DNA from: Cyanophyceae cyanobacterium
Lineage (GTDB): Bacteria > Cyanobacteriota > Cyanobacteriia > Cyanobacteriales > Laspinemataceae
NCBI GenBank assembly: GCA_038321985.1
Contig: JBBQFN010000041.1
Coordinates: forward strand, 1 to 43,141
Length of the DNA: 43,141 nucleotides
Reading direction: 5' to 3'
Part shown: piece by piece, positions 1 through 9,362 of the stretch
Numbering within the stretch: position 1 is the first letter of the stretch
Layout of the letters: the number at the start of each line of letters is the position of its first letter
The notes under the pieces: generated by a model
Seen by the model: the letters and a program-made list of their open reading frames with translations, nothing else
Databases searched by the model: none
What the model was told of the DNA's origin: nothing
Program-made: the position numbers and the translations under genes

Positions 1-20
1 GCTTCGTGCCTGGTTTTTTT

Positions 21-74
21 TGTGGGGGCGAACGCCGCCGCCCCCCATGGGGGCCTCCCATTGGCGCCCCTACA
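21..74. repeat. GTAG-type REP/SDR-like inverted repeat element
   Basis: TGTGGGGGCG (21-30) pairs with CGCCCCTACA (65-74; reverse complement TGTAGGGGCG) around a GC-rich interior; the GTAGGGGC head recurs at 5945 and 34192. Confidence 0.55.
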
Positions 75-150
75 AGAAACAACGATTTTCTCAAAGGTGT
101 GGGTTTTTATAGACCTTTGAACAGCGGATTCCGTATGAGTATTCAGATTA

Positions 151-702
151 TCAAACCCGCTTCTGTAAGTCATCCAATCGCGCTAATACCTCCACGCTGT
201 GAGTAGCGGGACGCACCCCCAGAAAGGTTTCGCGCAAAATGCCCTCCGGGTCAATGATAAAACTGTGGCGCATGGACATCGGAGGTATCCAGGACCCATA
301 AGATTGACTCACGGCACCGTCAGTATCGGCTAACAGGGGAAATCGCAACCCTTCGGAATCGCAGAATTCGGCATGAGAGTCCACCGAATCTGCACTGACC
401 CCGAGGATTTGAGCATTTCTGTCCATATATTTGGGCAAATCCTGTTGAAAGCGCCGCGCTTCTAGGGTGCAACCGGAGGTAAAGTCTTTCGGATAGAAAT
501 ACAACACCACCCACTCTCCACGATAGTCAGATAGGGAAATATTCCCCTCTCCTGTATTCGTCGGCAGGGTAAATTCCGGTGCCGGTTCGCCGACTGCCGG
601 CAGTTTACCCCCCATAGAATAAGCGGCAGGGACCCAGTTGAACCAGGCGAGGAAGGCGAGAATACCGGCGAGGAAAACTCGGAAAAAATGGCGACGGGAC
701 AT
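151..702 (-). CDS. Peroxiredoxin Q (BCP family) with N-terminal Tat-like signal peptide
   Basis: VVLYFYPKDFTSGCTLEA peroxidatic motif, GVSADS..H..F, FPLLAD; N-terminus SRRHFF + hydrophobic stretch + AYS. Confidence 0.92.
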   Translation of the reverse strand: MSRRHFFRVFLAGILAFLAWFNWVPAAYSMGGKLPAVGEPAPEFTLPTNTGEGNISLSDYRGEWVVLYFYPKDFTSGCTLEARRFQQDLPKYMDRNAQILGVSADSVDSHAEFCDSEGLRFPLLADTDGAVSQSYGSWIPPMSMRHSFIIDPEGILRETFLGVRPATHSVEVLARLDDLQKRV

Positions 703-1129
703 GATGATTAATCGAGAGAGAGGATTATTTTAGAGTAGTTTAGCCTGCGATCGGCCACCGCCTCAAACCCTTCTCGACTCCCACTACACTCAACCTACAG
801 GAAAACTCCATCTCGCCATTGACCCCAGTCGAGAGTGCGGGGTTACGAGGGAAAAGAAAGCCAAGTCGTTTCAAAGATGCTAAAAACTAAAATTCTCAAC
901 TATCTAAACTATTTAAACGACGCAGATTATATCGCTGAAATTGTCACGTCACCAGGGGCAGACGAGACTTCAATTCAGCTTTTTCAGGGTGAAAATTTAG
1001 AAACCCTACTCTTTAGAAGAGTTAAAAAACTTTGTGGGACAGTTAGTGGAAAAAACCACATTTTTTAGAGGGTAATTTTATGAACGATTCGGGAACGAGT
1101 TCAGTCGTTACTATGAAATAGTAATGCAC

Positions 1130-1166
1130 AAAAAAAGGGGTGGTGCATTGCACTACCCCTTTTTTT
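1130..1166. terminator. Bidirectional rho-independent terminator downstream of fbaA
   Basis: A7-GGGGTGGTGCA-T-TGCACTACCCC-T7. Confidence 0.85.
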
Positions 1167-1180
1167 ATTGATGAAAGTGG

Positions 1181-1213
1181 TAGGTAAGAGTTACAATCAC
1201 TGGCTCTTACCTA
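1181..1213 (-). other. 3' UTR hairpin of fbaA
   Basis: TAGGTAAGAG (1181-1190) / CTCTTACCTA (1204-1213), perfect 10-bp inverted repeat 16 nt past the fbaA stop. Confidence 0.6.
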
Positions 1214-1229
1214 TGCCAGTTTTTACAAT

Positions 1230-2309
1230 TTAGGCGGTTACGGCCTTTTTGATGGTGGCGCTGAGTTCGCCTTTGGCGTACTTGGCGGCGAAGTCATCGA
1301 GACTGACTTGCTTGATCTTGGAAGCGTTACCGGCGGTACCAAAAGATTGGTAGCGATCGGAACAAACTTTTTGCATATATTGGATGGAAGGTTTCAGGAA
1401 GTGACGGGGGTCAAATTCCTTGGTATTTTGGGCGAGGGCCTCACGGACTGCCGCAGTGATTGCCAAACGGTTATCAGTGTCGATGTTGACTTTACGGACA
1501 CCGCACTTGATTCCTTTTTGGATTTCTTCGACGGGTACGCCGTAGGTTTCGGGGATGGTTCCGCCGTATTTGTTGATCAGTTCGATCAAGTCTTGGGGTA
1601 CGGAGGAAGAACCGTGCATGACCAAGTGGGTGTTCGGCAAGCGGCGGTGAATTTCTTCGATCCGGCTGATTGCTAAGATTTCCCCAGTAGGTTTACGGGT
1701 GAATTTGTACGCACCGTGGCTGGTTCCGATCGCCACTGCTAGAGCATCCACTTGGGTTTGCTCCACGAAGTCAACGGCTTGATCGGGATCGGTTAACAGT
1801 TGATCGTGGGAAAGTTTTCCTTCAAACCCGTGACCATCTTCTGCTTCACCCATGCCGGTTTCCAAAGAACCCAAGCAACCGAGTTCGCCTTCAACGCTGA
1901 CGCCGATGGAGTGAGCCACTTTGACCACTTCGCGGGTGACTTCTACGTTGTACTCGTAGCTGGCTGGGGTTTTGGCATCTGCTTCCAAGGAGCCATCCAT
2001 CATGACGCTGGTGAACCCTTGTTTCATGGCAGAGTAGCAGGTGGAAGGTGCGTTGCCATGGTCTTGGTGCATGGCAATGGGGATGTGGGGATAGGTTTCC
2101 ACAGCGGCCAGAATCAGGTGACGGAGGAAGTTTTCCCCTGCATACTTGCGAGCACCACGAGAAGCTTGCAGAATCACGGGGCTGTTAGTTTCGTTAGCAG
2201 CCTGCATGATCGCTTGGATCTGCTCCATGTTGTTAACGTTGTAGGCCGGAATGCCGTACTCGTTCTCTGCTGCATGATCCAGCATTAACCGCATAGGTAC
2301 AAGCGCCAT
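1230..2309 (-). CDS. fbaA: Class II fructose-1,6-bisphosphate aldolase (Calvin cycle type)
   Basis: [43 protein letters not shown] motifs; GGAGG Shine-Dalgarno on minus strand. Confidence 0.98.
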   Translation of the reverse strand: MALVPMRLMLDHAAENEYGIPAYNVNNMEQIQAIMQAANETNSPVILQASRGARKYAGENFLRHLILAAVETYPHIPIAMHQDHGNAPSTCYSAMKQGFTSVMMDGSLEADAKTPASYEYNVEVTREVVKVAHSIGVSVEGELGCLGSLETGMGEAEDGHGFEGKLSHDQLLTDPDQAVDFVEQTQVDALAVAIGTSHGAYKFTRKPTGEILAISRIEEIHRRLPNTHLVMHGSSSVPQDLIELINKYGGTIPETYGVPVEEIQKGIKCGVRKVNIDTDNRLAITAAVREALAQNTKEFDPRHFLKPSIQYMQKVCSDRYQSFGTAGNASKIKQVSLDDFAAKYAKGELSATIKKAVTA

Positions 2310-2573
2310 AGATGGTCCTCCTAATTACTTTTTTTCAGCGATGGGGTATGGACAAGCTGAAATTGTTACAACAAGTTTAAGACAAATTTCAGATTTTTAT
2401 GAATTATATCTAAAAATGAGAACTTTATAACGTTTTCATCTCATAATTGCAAATTTAATGGCAAATTTTGAGTTGGGGAGTTGAGGAAGGGTCAATATCC
2501 AGGACAAAGGGAAAAATTGATCCCTCGGGGTTCCCTGTTCTTTCCAGCTAAAAGTTAGGGGTTTTTGAATTTA

Positions 2574-2645
2574 TGGGTCGCCCGGGATTCGAACCCGGAA
2601 CTAGTCGGTTAAAAGCCGAATACTCTACCGTTGAGTTAGCGACCC
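2574..2645 (-). tRNA. tRNA-Lys (anticodon UUU)
   Basis: Reverse complement GGGTCGCTAACTCAACGGTAGAGTATTCGGC-TTT-TAACCGACTAGTTCCGGGTTCGAATCCCGGGCGACCCA forms a cloverleaf; CCA not encoded. Confidence 0.97.
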
Positions 2646-2711
2646 GTGTGCTTTCTTTTTCAGCACCTTAGCTACATTAGCATAGCCTTTTGGAAAAACG
2701 CAAGGGGTTTT

Positions 2712-3581
2712 TTAAAAAAAATCTGTGGTGAGGCGCACTTGAGTTTCCCACTTGTCTCCGGGTTCAAGATTCATCAGGTGTAGTCCAGTGTTGAGGGCAT
2801 TTCGGGGGGCTGTCCAAGGTTCGAGGCAGTAGAAGTCTTGGCCTTTGAGGGTCCAAAATACGACGTTGGAATAGCTGGCTTTAAAAAGTAAGCGGACTTG
2901 CAAGCGGCGACTGTGATCGATCGCCGTGGCAGCGAGTCCGGTAATTTTGGTAAAGGCGGCATCGATTTCGTCTATGTCTAGGTCAAACCTGCCGGTGAAG
3001 GGATGTTGTTTCTGGGTTTTTTGGTCGCTGTATTGGACTGCCGGAATTTTAAATTGGAGTTGGGTCTTGTCTGGTGCCCAAAAATAAGGATGCAGTCCGG
3101 TAGAAAAGGGCATAGGCCGATCGCCAGTGTTGGTGTAGCATTGGTCAATTTCCAGGCTGTTACCTTTGAGCTTATAGGTGAAAGCGAGTTCAAAATCAAA
3201 GGGGTAAACGGCGCGGGTGCGATCGCTACTGTTGAGAATTAGAGTAATGCTGGCAATATCGTGTGTCACCCCCTCGGTTACTTCCCAAGGTAAATCCCGG
3301 GCAAATCCATGTTGTTTGAGGGTGTACTCTTTGCCTTCATGGGTGTAGGTGTTATTAGGCAAGTTGCCACAGATGGGAAACAAAATCGGAATACCGCCAC
3401 GCACGCTTAAGTCAGGGTTGGCAAAGCGTTCGGTATCAAGATAGAGGAGGTCATGACCTTGAACTTGCCAACGGGTGATGATGCCACCCCGTTCGGGAAC
3501 GACTTCAACCCGGGATTGTGCGGATTGGTCGGAGAGGATGTAGGTCTTGTATTGTTGTTCTTTCACTGCGATCGCAAACAC
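2712..3581 (-). CDS. Aldose 1-epimerase (galactose mutarotase-like) family protein
   Basis: RGGIPILFP, QHGFAR, GLHPYF, FYCLEPW motifs. Confidence 0.92.
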   Translation of the reverse strand: MFAIAVKEQQYKTYILSDQSAQSRVEVVPERGGIITRWQVQGHDLLYLDTERFANPDLSVRGGIPILFPICGNLPNNTYTHEGKEYTLKQHGFARDLPWEVTEGVTHDIASITLILNSSDRTRAVYPFDFELAFTYKLKGNSLEIDQCYTNTGDRPMPFSTGLHPYFWAPDKTQLQFKIPAVQYSDQKTQKQHPFTGRFDLDIDEIDAAFTKITGLAATAIDHSRRLQVRLLFKASYSNVVFWTLKGQDFYCLEPWTAPRNALNTGLHLMNLEPGDKWETQVRLTTDFF

Positions 3582-3737
3582 GGTTTATCCTTTCTCCTTG
3601 AGTCCAATATCGGTGGTGGCGGTTATCCAATCTTTACGGTTGTAACGGACGGTGATTTCATAGTCAAGGGGAACCTTCCGTGCTGGTCATAAAAATATAA
3701 CCTTAGAGAGTCCCCCCATGAGGCGATCGCCCCAGCA

Positions 3738-5651
3738 CTAGCTTGAAACCAGACTTTTTCCGAACTGCGGTAGTTTGATTTTCTTACCGCGACCGGCTAG
3801 CCCGATGGCACCCCCAGCAGCCGCAGCGGCCAGGGCCATCCCCACCGCCCGAGAAGTTCCAGAAGATTGAGGGGAGGATTCGGGTTCAGCCTCACCCAAT
3901 TTTTCAGCTTCTCCAAAAGAAAGAGGCTCACCTAACTTATCCGTAAACGGGGCCGCATCAAATGCCTCATTTTGCTCCCCGTCGGGTAACTCTTCCTGAA
4001 GTTCCGAAGTTGAATCAATCTGAGCAACCTTTTGAGAGTCAAAGACGGTATTTCCGGAAGTAACCACCTTAGATTGGCCCGCATCAAGAATCATCGGAGA
4101 ACTCATGGGTTCATCAAAAACGCCAGAGAGCAGATCGATATGTTCTAGGATGCGATCGCCCCTTTCCCCCCGGACCACTTTTGGCTGATACTTCCGTACC
4201 TCAACGGGTAAAAATTCCACCTTCATTTGTCCCTCTCGCAAGGACATCTTGAGGACTGCCGTATCGTAATCGCTGCGCGCATTCCCTCCAAAAATAAAGT
4301 TCCCCAGCGAATAAGCAATAGGCCGTCCCTTATAAATTTCTGCACCCTGCAAGACATGAGGATGATGACCGACGATGGCATCAGCCCCTTGGTCGATGGT
4401 AAAATAGGCCAAATCGCTCTGCCAAATTTCGGGATAATTTGCCAGTTCTACTCCCCAGTGGAAATTCACCACAATCCAGTCTACTTGATCCCGGACGGCC
4501 TTGATATCATCGGCAATTCGCTGTTCGAGGCCGTGATTGGTCCCCGGGACTCCTTCTCCTGCGGCATGATAGTCAGCGCTATAGTAGCCGAAGTAGGCAA
4601 TGCGCTGTCCTTTGACATCAATAATTGTGGGGCGTCTGGCTGCGGTGAGTTCCATCCCTGCACCCACTCCCTGAATCCCTTCCTTTTCTAGGGTTTCCAG
4701 GGTTTCTTGGAGTCCAGGACCCTGATAGTCCATCGCATGATTATTAGCCAAATTAACAATATCAACGCCCCCGGATTTGAGGACTTCCACAGCGGAGGGT
4801 TCGGCTTTAAAGTTAAAAGTTTTTTCGAGTTTGGTATTGGCAGTGGTTAAGGTCCCTTCCAAGTTAACCATTGCCAAATCTGCCTCGCGGTATTCGGGGA
4901 TTTGGTCAAAAGCCCAGGTATAGTCGCTGCCAATTAAGTCTTCAAAGGCATGACCCAGGGTGACATCTCCGCTCATCATCAGGGTAACGGTAGGGTCGTT
5001 CGGGTTCATGACATCCGTATGTTCAATCACCGGAACGGTTTCGAGGGCTGCTTGGACCATTTTAGGTCGTTCCTCAATCCCGGTGACGGCATTGGGGGCG
5101 GTTTGGGGGGAAACAATGGCGGTGGGTTGGGATTGTTCGCGAAGTTGCAAGTAACCGATCGCGCTGCCCATGATAAAGGCGGAAACGGACACTCCGGCGA
5201 CTAAAAATAATCGAAAGACTTTATAGTTGACCCAAGAAGCGGCGCGAGAGACACCATCGAGCAGGCGCTGTAAATGCTGGTTTCTGCGTTGTTGGTTAGC
5301 TGGGGTAACAATGCGGATGGACTGTTGCCACAATAGGTCAGAATTTCCGACGGGGTTAGCACCTGTGGCGATGATGCGAACGCCATCAATGACTTCTGAG
5401 TTGAGCCGCCAGATTTGGTGACAGATAAATTTATTTAAACCGGAACGCAGTTGCTGGTAAATATCGGGTTGATCTCTTAACCCATTGATTTCTAGGCGAA
5501 TGGGCAGACAACCTTTTTGGACGGGTTCGACTCTGGCATAAATGCCTTGGGGGGCCAGATATGAGTTAATCAGGTAGGCGATCGCCCGAAAATTTCCACC
5601 TCGTGCTAAGTCGAGCATTGAGGGTTCGGCAAAGCTGCTGAAACTGGTCAT
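3738..5651 (-). CDS. CapA (poly-gamma-glutamate synthesis/metallophosphatase-like) family membrane protein
   Basis: GDVTLG, MVNLEG, NLANNHAMDY, VNFHWG, GHHPHVLQG, YSLGNFIF motifs; N-terminal extra domain plus TM helix; acidic C-terminal tail. Confidence 0.9.
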   Translation of the reverse strand: MTSFSSFAEPSMLDLARGGNFRAIAYLINSYLAPQGIYARVEPVQKGCLPIRLEINGLRDQPDIYQQLRSGLNKFICHQIWRLNSEVIDGVRIIATGANPVGNSDLLWQQSIRIVTPANQQRRNQHLQRLLDGVSRAASWVNYKVFRLFLVAGVSVSAFIMGSAIGYLQLREQSQPTAIVSPQTAPNAVTGIEERPKMVQAALETVPVIEHTDVMNPNDPTVTLMMSGDVTLGHAFEDLIGSDYTWAFDQIPEYREADLAMVNLEGTLTTANTKLEKTFNFKAEPSAVEVLKSGGVDIVNLANNHAMDYQGPGLQETLETLEKEGIQGVGAGMELTAARRPTIIDVKGQRIAYFGYYSADYHAAGEGVPGTNHGLEQRIADDIKAVRDQVDWIVVNFHWGVELANYPEIWQSDLAYFTIDQGADAIVGHHPHVLQGAEIYKGRPIAYSLGNFIFGGNARSDYDTAVLKMSLREGQMKVEFLPVEVRKYQPKVVRGERGDRILEHIDLLSGVFDEPMSSPMILDAGQSKVVTSGNTVFDSQKVAQIDSTSELQEELPDGEQNEAFDAAPFTDKLGEPLSFGEAEKLGEAEPESSPQSSGTSRAVGMALAAAAAGGAIGLAGRGKKIKLPQFGKSLVSS

Positions 5652-5944
5652 CCTGTTTACTCCTAGTTGTTACTGGAAATTTTAAATTTTAAATGAAGGG
5701 TTATCCTTCGGGGGTTGATGTTTAGCTTTTATAGGTCTTACGCACCGACGCTTCGGGGAAGGTCAACCCTCGCCCCCAGATTGCCCCTACCCACTCTTAC
5801 ATTTGGACATTTGGACGTTGGGACAAGAACTGCTAAAGGGGGATCACCGGGGATCTATTGCTTGATGATTGTAGCCCAAAACTTAGGTTTTCTAGGTCCT
5901 TGCCTTGACAAGTTTATAGCCAATGTGCATGACCTGGCTTTCCG

Positions 5945-6006
5945 GTAGGGGCACTCGCCGTTGTGGTTCAATGTGAGCCAACCTTCGACTCGGCGAGTGC
6001 CACTAT
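5945..6006. repeat. GTAG-headed REPIN/SDR-like hairpin element
   Basis: GTAGGGGCACTCGCCG (5945-5960) pairs with CGGCGAGTGCCACTAT (5991-6006); inner hairpin TGGTTCA-ATG-TGAGCCA. Confidence 0.6.
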
Positions 6007-6037
6007 AATCCTTGAATGGTTGCTTAAGTCCTATTCC

Positions 6038-6958
6038 TTAAAACTGATAAGTCACGCCCACTTGCAAAACTGGGTAAAATCGGAAACGATTTGACCAATC
6101 CTCGATATCTTCACGCTCTCGCTCCAGTGCACTGTTTAGCTGGAGATTGGACGCTGCACCTGCCGCGTTTAAAGTGATACTGGGCGATCGCTGGAACATC
6201 ACCCCAAGGTCCATAAAAAATCCCCATCGTTGTCCGAAAGCGACGGGATTGCCCCAACCCACCCCAATATAGGGTGCAAAGTCGGGAAAATCAACTTCAG
6301 CTCGTAAAGTACCTACTTCCGTCGCCTCAAAGCTGGTGCTGCCAATGTCATAGGACGGGAGTCCTTCGTCATTTATAGAGGTCACGCCGACTCCTGATGC
6401 CTTATTCCCGTTATAAACCAGACCCCCGGTCACCCGAAATCCCGAGTCTTCGTTGGGAAAATAATCCACAAAAGCGGGGATGGTCCGCAAATCTACATCA
6501 GTATCATAAGAACCTTCGGTGGGCGTAAACTCTCTGTTGAAGGATAAACCATTAAATCCAATTCTCGCGTTTAAATTGGGAGTAATTCGACCCGTCACCT
6601 GAGTTCCCAGGCCCAGGGTTCCCACATTACCCGTTACGGCAAACCCACTACGCTCTTCGATCAATCCAATGGTGCGCGGTGGCAGTGGCGCGGTTTGAGC
6701 AGGGGGAACAGGACGAGGCGGCAAAGACGACGGTGGGACGGGTTGAGTCGGGGGAATGGGAGAGGGTGCGGGGGGGACCGGCGTCGGTCCCGGGACTTGT
6801 TGACAGCGAGAATTGAGGGGAAACAACCGACACAGGGTTTCTAAATCTGTATCTTGCGCTTGTAGGGGTTGGGAGAGGCTGGCATCGATCGCCAGGGTGG
6901 TCAAAAGACCAACCAACCCATAAAAAATTTTTATAGAAAAACTAAAGTTTTGAGCCAT
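6038..6958 (-). CDS. Outer-membrane beta-barrel protein with Cys-pair motif and proline-rich linker
   Basis: Signal peptide ending LQA, CRLFPLNSRC motif, Pro-rich linker, alternating amphipathic strands (GTLGLG, PYIGVGWG), C-terminal VGVTYQF BAM-type signal. Confidence 0.78.
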   Translation of the reverse strand: MAQNFSFSIKIFYGLVGLLTTLAIDASLSQPLQAQDTDLETLCRLFPLNSRCQQVPGPTPVPPAPSPIPPTQPVPPSSLPPRPVPPAQTAPLPPRTIGLIEERSGFAVTGNVGTLGLGTQVTGRITPNLNARIGFNGLSFNREFTPTEGSYDTDVDLRTIPAFVDYFPNEDSGFRVTGGLVYNGNKASGVGVTSINDEGLPSYDIGSTSFEATEVGTLRAEVDFPDFAPYIGVGWGNPVAFGQRWGFFMDLGVMFQRSPSITLNAAGAASNLQLNSALEREREDIEDWSNRFRFYPVLQVGVTYQF

Positions 6959-7225
6959 GAGCTTGTGTGTTCGGCTGGTGTTAGGCGGTACTCGCTTGCC
7001 ATCGCATCATATCCCATCCCACTGATGCCGGGGTAATCATTTTGGCTAGGGGTGCGATCGCCACTCCCCCGGCTTACTCTCTGGCTTTCCCTTTCTTATC
7101 CCTTTCTCTATACTGTTTAAAATAGGGTTTAACATTTTGAGAACTTTTTTAACAATTATTAACCGTTACCGGAGTCGGCGATCGCCCCTGATGACTCCAC
7201 CTAATCCCCAACATGAGGCAAGATC

Positions 7226-8092
7226 ATGACCGTTCGTAAAGATACGATTTTTGAGCAGTTTTTAGCACCCGTCGTCTGGCTATTTGTGGATGAAAAGGCG
7301 ATGCGGCAGTTGAGTCATAGCATCGACTGGGAAACCGAAAGTAGTCGCCTAAAGCGGCCCGATTTGGAGTACCCGGACTATTACATCACCCAAAATTTTC
7401 ATGGCATTGAAGGGGGTTACCTAACCTCGGGTGCGGCAGTCAGTTACGACCCGGTTACCCAGTACGCCCTCCCTCCCAATGAAACCTGGATCCGGCAAGA
7501 GTTGATCGATGAAATTCGCACTCAACCGCGTCGGATTCTCGACCTCGGCTGTGGCACGGGTTCGACAACTATCTTGCTCAAGCAAGCCTTTCCCAGCGCC
7601 GAAGTCATCGGGTTAGATTTATCCCCCTATATGCTGGTGATGGCCGAATATAAGGCTAAACAAGCGGGTTTAGAAATACAGTGGGTGCATGGCACTGCCG
7701 AACAAACAGGGTTTGCCAGCAACTCTTTCGATCTCGTCACGGCTTCGTTGTTATTCCACGAGACACCCACTGCGATCGCAGCGGCGATCGCCCTGGAAAG
7801 CTTCCGACTGCTGCAAAGCGGGGGTCAGTTTCTCATCCTCGATGGCAATCAAAAAACCCTGCGCCATACGGAATGGCTAACTCAAGTTTTTGAAGAACCC
7901 TATATTCAGGAGTACGCCGCTGGTAGTGTGGATGCCTGGATGGGTGCAGCCGGATTTGGTGCAGTGCAGACGACTGACGTCTGGTTGCTCAATCAGGTAA
8001 CCAGCGGGATCAAACCCTTACCCCAGTCCCCTGTCGAGTCCGAGTATGGGACTGAACTAGAAGAGTCCTGGGTCGTGGCTCCTAGCTACTAA
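7226..8092 (+). CDS. Class I SAM-dependent methyltransferase
   Basis: ILDLGCGTG, VIGLDLSPYML, FDLVTASLLFHE motifs. Confidence 0.92.
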   Translation: MTVRKDTIFEQFLAPVVWLFVDEKAMRQLSHSIDWETESSRLKRPDLEYPDYYITQNFHGIEGGYLTSGAAVSYDPVTQYALPPNETWIRQELIDEIRTQPRRILDLGCGTGSTTILLKQAFPSAEVIGLDLSPYMLVMAEYKAKQAGLEIQWVHGTAEQTGFASNSFDLVTASLLFHETPTAIAAAIALESFRLLQSGGQFLILDGNQKTLRHTEWLTQVFEEPYIQEYAAGSVDAWMGAAGFGAVQTTDVWLLNQVTSGIKPLPQSPVESEYGTELEESWVVAPSY

Positions 8093-8105
8093 GGAGAGAG
8101 CAACC

Positions 8106-8828
8106 ATGAGTTTAAAAGCCATTTTATTTGATTTCAATGGGGTCATTATTAATGATGAGTCAATTCACGAAGAGTTAATCAATGAGTTGCTGCTGGCGGA
8201 GAACTTGCGTCCGAAAAAGGGGGAATTTTGGCAAATCTGTTTGGGACGCAGCGATCGCGCTTGTATTACGGAGTTATTTGCCCTGCGGGGTCGGTTCCTG
8301 ACCGATGAGGCAGTCGCGTCCCTAATCGCTCGCAAGGCGATCGCCTATCAGCAACAACTCGATCGTCTCGATAAGCTGCCCATTTTTCTAGGGGTCGAAG
8401 ACTTGATTTTTAAACTGCGCGGCGCTCAGTTAAAGTTAGCGGTGGTCTCCGGTGCTTTGCGATCCGAGGTGGAACTGGTGTTAAACCGTGCTAATCTCGC
8501 CCAACATTTTTCGGCAGTGGTTGCCGCAGATGACATCACCGCTAGCAAACCCTCACCGGAAGGCTATCTGCTGGCAGTGGAACGACTGAATCAGCAATAT
8601 CCAGAATTGAACCTGACCCCTACCAATTGTTTGGCGATCGAAGATACTCCGGCGGGGATTCAGGCGGCCCAATGTGCCGGGATTCAGGTAGTCGGAATTG
8701 CTAATACTTACCCGTTTCATATGCTCCAACGGCAGGCAAACTGGACGGTAGATTATCTAAAAGATGTGGAAATCGATCGCCTGCGGGAGTTTTTTAAGGG
8801 ATGTCTGCCCCAACCCGTACCCGGTTAA
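8106..8828 (+). CDS. HAD-superfamily phosphatase (subfamily IA)
   Basis: FDFNGVI motif I, VVSG motif II, KPSPEGY, IEDTPAG motif IV; AAGGAG Shine-Dalgarno. Confidence 0.92.
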   Translation: MSLKAILFDFNGVIINDESIHEELINELLLAENLRPKKGEFWQICLGRSDRACITELFALRGRFLTDEAVASLIARKAIAYQQQLDRLDKLPIFLGVEDLIFKLRGAQLKLAVVSGALRSEVELVLNRANLAQHFSAVVAADDITASKPSPEGYLLAVERLNQQYPELNLTPTNCLAIEDTPAGIQAAQCAGIQVVGIANTYPFHMLQRQANWTVDYLKDVEIDRLREFFKGCLPQPVPG

Positions 8829-8934
8829 TCTTAAGGGAGTAGAACTCCGAACCCATGACCTAGGGCAGTTTGAGCCATTTTGAGAGCACATCACTTTTAT
8901 CTAGGATTCCCTCTTCCCTTTCTGCCTGGGTTCA

Positions 8935-8943
8935 TGTTATGAT
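8935..8943 (+). promoter_or_regulatory. Extended -10 promoter for tRNA-Ala
   Basis: TG-t-TATGAT ending 17 nt upstream of the tRNA 5' end. Confidence 0.5.
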
Positions 8944-8959
8944 GGCTCTACGAATGACC

Positions 8960-9032
8960 GGGGAATTAGCTCAGTTGGTAGAGCGCTGCGATCGCACCGC
9001 AGAGGTCAGCGGTTCGAATCCGCTATTCTCCA
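8960..9032 (+). tRNA. tRNA-Ala (anticodon CGC)
   Basis: GGGGAATTAGCTCAGTTGGTAGAGCG-CTGCG-ATCGCAC-CGCAG-AGGTCAGCGGTTCGAATCCGCTATTCTCCA; G3:U70 Ala identity pair. Confidence 0.97.
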
Positions 9033-9050
9033 CTTTTAGTTAAACCTTAG

Positions 9051-9078
9051 AGAGCGCAATTGAGTCGCGCTCTTTATT
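9051..9078 (+). terminator. Terminator after tRNA-Ala
   Basis: AGAGCGC-N9-GCGCTCT followed by TTATT. Confidence 0.6.
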
Positions 9079-9348
9079 GGCTGGGGGGGTCAGGTGAGCC
9101 GCTCCCATGAGGCAGTCAGCGATCGGGCAAAAAAAAGTCGCCCGAGATTTGGGAAACCGCCTCAAGTTCAATGTAGATCAATCCTAAGACCATTAAAAGG
9201 GGGTTGGATTCGTCAATGAAGCCCCTTCAGAATTTTAATTTACCCTTGATCCGCGCGATAGAATAGATTGAGCCTCAGATAAAGGGGTGCATCCTTTAAT
9301 CGCAACGTGAAAATATATTCTACTGGCTATCTTTAAAAAACTTAATAT

Positions 9349-9362
9349 GTAGCTTCAACTAC
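9349..9362. promoter_or_regulatory. Putative NtcA binding site
   Basis: GTA-GCTTCAAC-TAC matches GTA-N8-TAC; no canonical -10 at +22. Confidence 0.4.

Noticed and set aside
1308..2288. Long + strand ORFs (122 and 162 aa) opposite fbaA
   Set aside because: Antisense shadows of a highly codon-biased gene; no motifs
2574..9032. tRNA genes as island or prophage attachment sites
   Set aside because: No integrase, no duplicated tRNA 3' end seen, and flanking genes are ordinary HIP1-containing cyanobacterial genes
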